NCBI GenBank assembly: GCA_963764615.1
Contig: CAVXTF010000002.1
Location: 1,107,002-1,171,001, forward strand
Reading direction: 5' to 3'
Length of the DNA stretch: 64,000 nt
From: an uncultured Acidimicrobiales bacterium
Lineage (GTDB): Bacteria; Actinomycetota; Acidimicrobiia; Acidimicrobiales; CAVXTF01
The notes beneath the pieces are model-generated. The model was not told the origin of the DNA. It made no database searches and saw only the letters and a list, made by a program, of their open reading frames with translations. The translations under genes and the position numbers were made by a program. This document shows positions 55,633-64,000 of this stretch, one piece after another (the stretch's first letter is position 1; every line of letters starts with the position of its first letter).

Positions 55633-57303
55633 CTAAGAGGGAGCACGGTCGACCGGCGCCGATGCTGCCGACCCCGCTAGACCGGCGACCCACTTGGCCG
55701 TCTCGGCGGCGTGCCTCGAGTAGTCCACCTTGCCCGTGGGGGCCCGCCCTATCGAGTCCACGAAGCGGATGTGCTTCGGCGCCTTGTAGCCGGCGAGGTG
55801 CGCCTTCGTGTGAGCGATGAGATCGTGCTCGTCGACTGTGTTGTCGCCCGAGAGGCTGCCGTCTTTGAGCTCGACGACTGCAGCGACCGCCTGGCCGAAC
55901 CGGTCATCGGGTATACCGACCACCACCGCGTCGCTCACGGCCGGGTCCAGCTTCAAGACCTCCTCGACTTCTTCAGGGAACACCTTCTCGCCACCGGTGT
56001 TGATGCACACCGATCCCCGCCCGAGAAGTCGTATGGACCCGTCGGCCTCGACCGTCGCGTGGTCGCCCGGCACAGACATCCTGACCCCGTCGACGGCCAA
56101 GAAGGTGGAGTCGGTCTTTGCCGCGTCCTTGTAGTAGCCGAGCGGGTTTCGCCCGCCGAGGGCGAGCACACCTTGTTGGCCCGAACCGGGAACGACGTCT
56201 GTCAGGGTGTCGGGATCGATCACCCTTACATCCGGCCCGAGCACGAAGCTCGCCGTCGCCTGGGCGTCGGTCCCGCTCGAGACCGACGCTCCCATGCCTA
56301 TCGCCTCGGAGGAGCTGAACGCGTCCACGAGCACGAGAGTCGGTTTGTGCCGCAACAGGCCGCGCTTGGTCTCCTCGCTCCAGATGACCCCGGACGAAAC
56401 CATGCCGAGAAGTGTTGTCAGATGCCAGCGACGTGGCTCGCGGTCGAGCGCTTCGAGGATCGGTTTGGCGAATGCGTCGCCCACGATCGCGATCGTGTTG
56501 ACCTTGTCGCGGTCGACAGCGTCGAGAAGCTCTGTAGCGTCGAACCGCCGCGACTCGAGAGTGACGACCGAGCCCCCGACGGCGAGCATGCTCATCGAGC
56601 TGAACGCCCCTGTCCCGTGCATCAGCGGGCAGGCGGGCAGGTGCACGGGACCAGGGCCCTTCACGGTCTTGCGGACACCTTCGAGGCCTTCGTCTTCGGG
56701 AACCCGCATGATGTTCCCGCTGTTCAACCTCGCGAACAGGTCGTCCTGGCGCCACATCACACCCTTCGGCACGCCCGTCGTCCCACCGGTGTAGAGCATG
56801 TAGATGTCGTCACCGCTGCGACCCCACGGTGCGCGGGTCCTGCCTGCCGCGCCGGCGGCAGCCTTCTCGTAGGGGATCGCCCACTCGGGGCATTCACCGG
56901 AGCCGTCGTCGACCCAGAGCCATGCGCGCACCTTGGGGAGGCTCTTCCTGATGTGCTCGACGCGTTCGGTGAAGGTGCCGTGGATCAATATGCAGGCGGC
57001 ATCGGCGTTGTCCCACAGGTAGTGCAACTCCTCGTCGCCATAGCGGTAATTGGTGTTGACCGGGACCATGCCCACTTTCAAGATGCCGAACGTCGACTCG
57101 ATGTACTCGGGGCAATTCGTCAGGTAGTGCGCAACCTTGTCCTGCTGACCGAGCCCGAGATCGAGAAGCGTCTGGGCGATCCCGTCTGCGCGCCTGTCCG
57201 TCTCGCCCCAGGTGGCCCGTCTCGATCCGTGCAAGAGGGCATTCGCTTCGGGGATCTGGTCGGCGACCGTCTCCCACACGTCTGCAAAGTTCCAATCAGT
57301 CAC
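55633..57303 (-). CDS. Acyl-CoA synthetase (FadD19-like)
   Basis: YTGGTTGVPKGV, PLMHG, GRGS.CINTGGEKVFPEEVE and GYKAPK. Confidence 0.92.
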   Translation of the reverse strand: MTDWNFADVWETVADQIPEANALLHGSRRATWGETDRRADGIAQTLLDLGLGQQDKVAHYLTNCPEYIESTFGILKVGMVPVNTNYRYGDEELHYLWDNADAACILIHGTFTERVEHIRKSLPKVRAWLWVDDGSGECPEWAIPYEKAAAGAAGRTRAPWGRSGDDIYMLYTGGTTGVPKGVMWRQDDLFARLNSGNIMRVPEDEGLEGVRKTVKGPGPVHLPACPLMHGTGAFSSMSMLAVGGSVVTLESRRFDATELLDAVDRDKVNTIAIVGDAFAKPILEALDREPRRWHLTTLLGMVSSGVIWSEETKRGLLRHKPTLVLVDAFSSSEAIGMGASVSSGTDAQATASFVLGPDVRVIDPDTLTDVVPGSGQQGVLALGGRNPLGYYKDAAKTDSTFLAVDGVRMSVPGDHATVEADGSIRLLGRGSVCINTGGEKVFPEEVEEVLKLDPAVSDAVVVGIPDDRFGQAVAAVVELKDGSLSGDNTVDEHDLIAHTKAHLAGYKAPKHIRFVDSIGRAPTGKVDYSRHAAETAKWVAGLAGSAASAPVDRAPS

Positions 57304-57328
57304 GGGCGGGAGCCTACGCTTCTGACCC

Positions 57329-58561
57329 GTGGATCTCGCCCTCCCCGGAGACTCGCATCCTGCGCGGGTCGCGGTGCGCTCCTGGCTCGAAGCTCACCCA
57401 GAGCCCACTCCGCGCGAGTTGGCCGAGGCGGGCTATGTCTCCCCGCACTGGCCGCGGCCCTGGGGCCTCGATGCGGGACCTGTCGACCAGCTCGTGATCG
57501 ACGAGGAGCTGCGGTCCCGTCAGGTCAGGCGACCGTTCAACCCGATCGGGATCGGATGGGCGGGGCCCACCTTGGTGCACGCCGGCACCGCCGAGCAGCA
57601 GGAGCGTTACCTGCCGCCTCTGCTGTCAGGCGAAGAGGTTTGGTGCCAGCTGTTCAGCGAGCCGGGCGCGGGGTCTGATCTTGCCGGGCTCAGGACCAGG
57701 GCGACGAAGGACGGCGACGGGTGGATCGTCTCCGGCCAGAAGGTGTGGACCACCTACGCACACATGGCAAGTTTCGGGATCCTGCTGGCGCGCACCGACC
57801 CCGGAGTGGCGAAGCACTCAGGCATCTCCTATTTCATCTGCCCGATGGACGCCAAAGGCGTGACCGTGCGACCCATCGTCGACATGACCGGCGATCACGC
57901 CTTCAACGAAGTGTTCTTCGACGACGTGCACCTGGGCCCGGGGCATCTGGTCGGGCGCCCGGGTGAGGGATGGTCGCTCGCCAAGGTGACGCTCTCCAAC
58001 GAGAGGGTCTCGCTTTCGGGGGAGGGTGCGCTGTGGGGCCAGGGACCGACCGCCGGCGACCTCGTTGAGGAGCTGAAGGATTCCGGCGGCGTCGCCGACC
58101 CGGTGCTTCGCCAGCGGGTCGCGTCTGTGTGGGCGGAGAGCGAGGTGCTGCGACTGGTGCGACTCCGCACCATCGGCGCCGTGCTTCAGGGCCGCGAACC
58201 AGGCCCCGAAGCCTCCATCAGAAAGGCCATGGCAGACGACCACGGCAAGAAGGTGATGGAGCTGGCGCGAGACCTTGTCGGAGCCCGTGCGATGTTGAAC
58301 GGTTCCGAGAGCGCAGGCTCTCCGGGTCCATCTCCGGGCCCGGGCGGGGGTCCGGCGCACGTCGCAGCGGCAGGGAGCCGCAGGGCGGCGCGCTGGCCCG
58401 AGTCGACCTGGGCGAAGGGGTACCTGTTCTCGATGGCCCTCACGATCGGTGGCGGGACGTCGGAGGTGCAACGCAACATCGTGGCCGAGCGGGTCCTCGG
58501 CCTTCCGCACGACATCGACCTCGATGCGGGCCGCAGCTTCGACTCGCTTTCGGGCGGCTAG
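57329..58561 (+). CDS. Acyl-CoA dehydrogenase (FadE family)
   Basis: WCQLFSEPGAGSDLA, GQKVWT, FNEVFFDDV and TIGGGTSEVQRN. Confidence 0.92.
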   Translation: MDLALPGDSHPARVAVRSWLEAHPEPTPRELAEAGYVSPHWPRPWGLDAGPVDQLVIDEELRSRQVRRPFNPIGIGWAGPTLVHAGTAEQQERYLPPLLSGEEVWCQLFSEPGAGSDLAGLRTRATKDGDGWIVSGQKVWTTYAHMASFGILLARTDPGVAKHSGISYFICPMDAKGVTVRPIVDMTGDHAFNEVFFDDVHLGPGHLVGRPGEGWSLAKVTLSNERVSLSGEGALWGQGPTAGDLVEELKDSGGVADPVLRQRVASVWAESEVLRLVRLRTIGAVLQGREPGPEASIRKAMADDHGKKVMELARDLVGARAMLNGSESAGSPGPSPGPGGGPAHVAAAGSRRAARWPESTWAKGYLFSMALTIGGGTSEVQRNIVAERVLGLPHDIDLDAGRSFDSLSGG

Positions 58562-59355
58562 AGGCCCGAGCTCTCCACCACCTGGCGCACCATGCGGGCG
58601 AAAGCGTCGGGATGGGTCAGGTGGGCGCCGTGCGCAGCTCCCTCGATCTCGACGAGCGTTGCGCCCGGAACCGCCGAGGCGACGACCTCGGCCGCCCGGC
58701 GGTGGTGCGCAACCGACCGGCTGCCGCGTCCCGCGAAGGTTGGAACAGAGATGAGCTCCAGGTCGACGAGCGGATGGTCCGCGCGGATCGCCGCCAGCTC
58801 GGCGACGAGAGCCGGGCCGTCGGCGCGTCGTGCCTGGCGGCCCTTTTCCGTGAGCTTTGACCACGACCCCTCCCCGGCGACGCGATCGAAGAAACCTTGC
58901 GCGAAGTCGCCCGGGTCCTCGCTCACGAACGCGCGCGAGCGGTTTGGCCACCAGTCGTTCCAGGGAAGGGGAGCCTCGTAGGCGCCGACAGCTCTTATGT
59001 GCACGGGGTCCTGCTGGGCGGCGTAGAGGGCGACGAGGCCGCCGAGCGAGTGCCCGACGACGACGACCTCGCTGTCGCCGATGAGCGCGAGCAGGTCGTC
59101 TACATGGGTGTCTATGTCGGTGGCTATCGGGCGTAGTGCTCCGGAACGGCTGTAGCCGCGTCGGTCGTAGATCACGACCCGCAGGTCCTCGAGTCTCCGG
59201 GCCGTCCGCATGAAGCTCGTCGAGCGGTCAAGTGACCCGTGGACGAAGACGACGGTCGGGGCAACTCGTGATCGATCCACTTCGCCGGCGTGGTCCCGAT
59301 GGGGTTCGAGCTCCACGAAGTGCAGGCCGGCGGGAACGCCGTTTCCGTCAACCAC
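58558..59355 (-). CDS. Alpha/beta fold hydrolase
   Basis: FVHG, YDRRGY.RS, GHSLGG and a C-terminal His in AAHGAH. Confidence 0.88.
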   Translation of the reverse strand: MVDGNGVPAGLHFVELEPHRDHAGEVDRSRVAPTVVFVHGSLDRSTSFMRTARRLEDLRVVIYDRRGYSRSGALRPIATDIDTHVDDLLALIGDSEVVVVGHSLGGLVALYAAQQDPVHIRAVGAYEAPLPWNDWWPNRSRAFVSEDPGDFAQGFFDRVAGEGSWSKLTEKGRQARRADGPALVAELAAIRADHPLVDLELISVPTFAGRGSRSVAHHRRAAEVVASAVPGATLVEIEGAAHGAHLTHPDAFARMVRQVVESSGL

Positions 59356-59428
59356 GACCGGTCACGGTAGCTGCAGGCGGCACATCGAGTTGACGCCCGG
59401 CATAAGGCCCGACATTAGGATCGAAAAC

Positions 59429-62400
59429 GTGCCCGACCAATCGCTAGAAGTCGGCGAGCCGGTACCGGGCGGAGCATTCGGCCCGAACGCCTGGCTGGTC
59501 GACGACATGTACGACCAGTTCCGCCGTGACCCGCAGTCGGTCAGCGAAAGCTGGCGCGAGTTCTTCGCGGACTACGTGCCAGGCGGTCGCGGCGGCCTCG
59601 CGGACGCCGGCAACGGAGCAGGGTCCGCCGCACAGGCGAACGCTGCGTCAACCACGCAGGTGAACGTTGCGTCAACCACGCAGGTGAACGGAGCCGGAGC
59701 ACCGGCTGCTGCGGAGGCGACCGATCAGGCTGCTGCGACCCCGAAGCCCGGCACCGTGGCCGTCGATCAGCAGGTTCAGGCGGCGCCAGCGCCGGCGCCC
59801 GCGCCCGCGTCGACGCAGCCGGTCGCGGCATCAGGTCAATCCACGGGATTTGCCGGCGACACCGGCGACAAGCCGATCGTGTTGTCGGGCGCCTCCCGGC
59901 GAATCGCCGCCAACATGGAGGCGTCGCTCGCGGTCCCGACCGCCACGAGCGTGCGGACTGTGCCCGCAAAGCTCCTCCAGGTGAACCGCTCGCTGCTTAA
60001 CCAGCACCTGACGCGGACGTCTGGGACCAAGGTGAGCTTTACGCACATCATCGGCTACGCCGTGGTCAGGGCGCTCGCGGCGCATCCGAGCCTCAACTCC
60101 GCTTATGTCCCCGACGCCGACGGCAAGGGCCACCCCGGAGTGCTCCGCCACGAGCATGTCGGACTCGGTCTGGCCGTGGACGTTGCCCGTCCAGACGGGA
60201 CGCGGACCTTGATGGTCCCTGTGATCCGCGAGGCTGAGCGACTCGATTTCCGGACCTTCGTGCTCGCATACGAAGAGCTCGTCCGCAAGGTGCACGCGGG
60301 CACGATCAGCCCCGACGACTTCGCAGGGGTGACGGCCACGCTCACGAACCCCGGCACCCTCGGGACCGTCCAGTCCGTGCCGCGGCTCATGCCGGGCCAG
60401 GGCGTCATCGTCGGAGTGGGCAGCATCGGCATGCCGGCGGAGCTCCAGGCGGCCGATCCCCGCGCGCTCGCGGCGATAGGGGTGGGACCGGTCGTGACGG
60501 TCACCTCCACATACGACCACCGCATAATCCAGGGCGCAGAGTCGGGGGTGTTCCTCTCAGACGTGGCTGCATCTTTGAGCGGGGAACACCGGTTCTACGA
60601 CGAGGTCTTCGCGTCCATGGACGTGCCGTTCGAGCCCGTCCGTTTCATGCCGGACCGCAACGCTGCCGACGACGAGCTCGACCGGCTCGAAAAGCAGGTC
60701 CACGTACAGAGCCTCATCAACATGTACAGGGTCAGGGGCCATCTGATCGCCGACCTCGATCCACTCGCCGCCGAGCCCGCGCGCTTGCATCCCGAGCTCG
60801 ACCCTGCGACCTACGGGCTCACCTTGTGGGACCTCGACCGCGAGTTCGTGGTCGCCGGGCTCGCAGGCAAGCGCACGATGACGCTCGGAAACGCCGTCGA
60901 AGTGCTCCGCGACGCGTACTGCCGGACGCTCGCGATCGAGTACATGCACATGCAGGACCCCGAACAGAAGCAGTGGATCCAGCAGCACGTGGAGGGCGTG
61001 CCGACCACCCTCTCCGCAGAGGAGCAGCGGCACGTCCTCGACCGTCTCAACGCCGCGGAGGCGTTCGAGAAGTTCCTCCACACCCGCTACGTGGGCCAGA
61101 AGCGATTCGGTCTCGAGGGCGCCGAGTCGACGATCGTCCTCCTCGATGCGGTGCTGTCGGCCGCCGCCGCAGAGGGTCTCGAAGCCGCGGTGATGGGCAT
61201 GGCGCACCGCGGCCGCCTGAACGTGCTCGCAAACATCGTCGGCAAGTCCTACAGCGAGATATTCAGGGAGTTCGAGGGTGACCTGGACCCTGAATCGGTC
61301 CAGGGCTCAGGAGACGTCAAGTACCACAAAGGCGCGACCGGCGTGTTCGTCGACCGCATGGGTCGATCCATCGAGGTTTCGCTCGCCTCCAACCCGTCTC
61401 ACCTCGAGGCCGTCGACCCGGTTGTCGAGGGAATGGTCCGCGCAAGGCAGGACCGGGTATGGCCGGCCCACCCGTTCGGGGTTCTTTCTCTTCTCGTTCA
61501 CGGCGACGCCGCGTTCGCGGGCCAGGGCGTGGTCGCCGAGACCCTCGAGCTGTCTCAGCTCGCGGGTTACAGGACCGGCGGGACCATCCATGTCGTCATC
61601 AACAACCAGCTCGGATTCACGACCGCACCCGCATCCGCCAGGTCCTCTGTGTATCCGACAGACGTCGCCAAGATCGTGCAGGCCCCGATCATCCACGTGA
61701 ACGGCGACGACCCCGAAGCCTGCTTGCGCGCAGCGCACCTCGCGTTCGGCTTCCGCCAGGCGTTCCACAAAGACGTAGTCGTGGACATCGTCTGCTACAG
61801 GCGGTTCGGTCACAACGAGGGAGACGATCCGAGCTACACGCAACCGCGGATGTACGCGATCATCGACTCGAAGCGGTCGGTACGAAAGCGCTACACCGAA
61901 GTTCTCGTCAGGCGCGGCGACATCACCCTCGACGAGGCGGAGAAGGCGCTCGACGACTTCGCTGCCAAGCTTCAGGCGGCGTTGGACGAGACGCGCCAGT
62001 CGGCCCCGCCCAAGGTGACGGCATCGCGGGTGCAGCCCACGGACGACATGGCCCGTCCGATGGTCTCGACCGGGATCGACAGGAGCACCGTGGTCGAGCT
62101 CGCCTCGGCGGCGACGCGTGTGCCTGAGGGATTCACCCTTCATCCGAAACTCGCCCGGCAATTCGAGCAACGAGCCAAGGTCGTGGCTAACGACGAGGTG
62201 GACTGGGCCCTCGGTGAGGCGATCGCACTGGGCTCCCTCGTCCTCGAGGGAACCGACGTCAGGCTCACCGGCCAGGACACCCGCAGAGGTACCTTCAGCC
62301 AGCGTCACGCGGTGCTGGTGGACCACGACACGGGCGCCGAGTGGGTGCCGCTCGCGCACCTGACAGGTGACGGGCTCGGTCGGTTCGCGGTCCACGACTC

Positions 62401-63252
62401 GTTGCTGTCGGAGTATGCGGCGCTCGGATTCGAGTACGGGTACTCCGTCGACGCGCCTGATGCCCTCGTGTGCTGGGAGGCTCAATTCGGCGACTTCGCA
62501 AACGGGGCCCAGGTGATAATCGACAACTTCCTCGTCGCCGCCGAGGACAAGTGGGGACAGCGCTGCGGCCTCGTCATGCTCCTTCCTCACGGTTACGAAG
62601 GCCAGGGACCCGAGCACTCGTCCGCGCGGATCGAACGCTTCCTGACGCTGAGCGCGCGGGGAACTTGAGAGTCACCCAACCTACGACGTCGGCCCAGTAC
62701 TTCCACCTCCTGCGCTCCCAGGTGAGGGGTTCAGGGGGCCAGCCGCTCGTCGTGATGACGCCAAAGTCCCTGCTTCGCGCGGAGACCTCACGTTCGAAGA
62801 TCGAGGAATTCACATCGGGCGGGTTCCGCGTCGTCGTCGACGATCCGGCGAAAGGGCGCGACATCGAACCTTCAGAGGTCGCCAGGGTGATCCTGTGCTC
62901 GGGAAAAATCGCATTCGACGCCATGAAGTGGCGCGAGCGCCTTATTGCGGGTTCTGTGCCCGTCCCGGCAGCGACCGCGATCGTCCGGGTCGAGCAGCTC
63001 TATCCCTGGCCCGAGGTCGAGCTGACGGCGGTCCTGGACAGGTACCCGGGCGCAAAGGAGCTTGTCTGGCTCCAGGACGAGCCCGAGAACATGGGTGCCT
63101 GGCCCTTCGCCCACGGACGACTCCACCGGCTGGTGAGGGATCGCTACGCACTGCGTCACGTGAGCAGGCCCGAGTCGGCGAGCCCGGCGACCGGAAGCGC
63201 GGCGCTCCACAACATCGAGCACGACGACATCTTGGTCAGGGCCCTCGGCTGA
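59429..63252 (+). CDS. kgd: Multifunctional 2-oxoglutarate decarboxylase/dehydrogenase (E2-E1 fusion); single frameshift near 62660
   Basis: FGPNAWLVD, TYDHRIIQGAESG, GMAHRGRLN, HGDAAF, WEAQFGDF and LPHGYEGQGPEHSS, then QPT...QYFHLLR and Q.EP.NMG in the next frame after a G-run. Confidence 0.94.
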
Positions 63253-63273
63253 TTTCTCAGGTCGAAGGCTTTA

Positions 63274-63294
63274 AGGGTCCTCGCCGAGGACCCT
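63274..63294 (+). terminator. Hairpin downstream of kgd
   Basis: AGGGTCCTC-GCC-GAGGACCCT, a perfect 9-bp stem. Confidence 0.5.
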
Positions 63295-63376
63295 CGTAGA
63301 GGATTCTCCTGGCCCTTCCCGGGTGGAATTACCTGGTAGAGGCCTAATAATTGTGGGAATTCCACCGGCGCTCGGC

Positions 63377-63405
63377 CTCAATAGGCCGGATAATTATGCC
63401 GATGT
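63377..63405 (+). promoter_or_regulatory. Putative sigma28 (WhiG/FliA-family) promoter
   Basis: CTCAA-N16-GCCGATGT upstream of the pilin-like gene. Confidence 0.4.
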
Positions 63406-63433
63406 ACAGACCATGCCAGGCGCTTCCCCTCGC

Positions 63434-64000
63434 ATGAAGTCAGCGAGCCACGTCATTCGTCGAGCCCTCCAGCGCGCCTATCGCCTGAGATCCCGGTCAG
63501 AAGAAGGGGTCGGACTGATCGAGGTCATGATCGCCATCGCGATCTTGCTCGTCGTCGTGGTGCCCGCCACCTACCTGATCGACGCCACCGTGCAGCAGAC
63601 GGCATACGCCCGGGCCAAGGTGGCCGCCGCGGAACTGGCCGAGACCGAGATGGAAACCCTGTCGAACCAGCCGCTCCAGACCCTCGAGAACTACCTCGAC
63701 ACGAACACCACCGTGAGCAACACGATCGTGGGCGGTGTCCCATTCAAGACGTCGATCTACCTGACTTGGCAGGGGATCGGAAGCGAGCCGGATCTGTGCA
63801 AGTCCGGCAGTCCACCGCAATCGATCAGCGCGACTGCGACCATCTCGTGGGGGCCCGGGCACTCGCAGAAGCTCGCAGAGGAGTCAGTCTTCGACCCGCC
63901 CTACTCGCAGCCTTTCTTCGACCTGGCCAGCGGGTCCGGCGAGACCAGCGGGCTGACCAAGAACGATGCTTACACGGTCATCTACTCGAAGACCGCGGAG
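63434..64000 (+). CDS. Prepilin-type N-terminal cleavage/methylation protein (type IV pilus, PilV-like); partial
   Basis: Manual translation MKSASHVIRRALQRAYRLRSRSEEG|VGLIEVMIAIAILLVVVVPA shows a basic leader, G cleavage site, E5 and hydrophobic helix. Open to the window edge; alternative ATG at 63413. Confidence 0.82.
   Translation, partial: MKSASHVIRRALQRAYRLRSRSEEGVGLIEVMIAIAILLVVVVPATYLIDATVQQTAYARAKVAAAELAETEMETLSNQPLQTLENYLDTNTTVSNTIVGGVPFKTSIYLTWQGIGSEPDLCKSGSPPQSISATATISWGPGHSQKLAEESVFDPPYSQPFFDLASGSGETSGLTKNDAYTVIYSKTAE

Noticed and set aside
62640-62680. Programmed frameshift or split kgd
   Set aside because: A single-base loss in a G-run explains it, consistent with other indel errors in the window.
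63300-63433. c-di-GMP riboswitch before the pilin gene
   Set aside because: Neither class I nor class II consensus elements were recognisable.

Overview
High-GC actinobacterial chromosomal window, probably class Acidimicrobiia (inferred from gene content, gene order and the many leaderless TANNNT promoters). From left to right it holds: a cobalamin/propionyl-CoA/biotin block (metH, pduO, moeB, mcm, accA, birA) interrupted by a DUF222-HNH gene; a ~27 kb surface-glycan region (rfbB, rfbD, ugd, UXS, GT2/GT4s, Man-1-P guanylyltransferase, epimerases, large membrane GT, DUF5719, CPBP, GT-C-like protein) with cofE/cofD and ftsH inside it; manB-Trm112-PGI/PMI-ahcY; a raiA-motif ncRNA, a 16x GGAG array and hpf-secA-prfB-ftsE-ftsX; lipid-catabolism genes; kgd; and the start of a type IV prepilin-like gene. 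Many conserved genes carry frameshifts, densest at 34-44.5 kb, most likely sequencing indels. The most notable item is the raiA RNA / GGAG array / HPF unit. Also notable are short tandem duplications at many gene ends, a putative PafBC-type promoter on the HNH gene and a putative sigma28 promoter on the pilin gene. All family calls are by eye and from memory; no searches were run.
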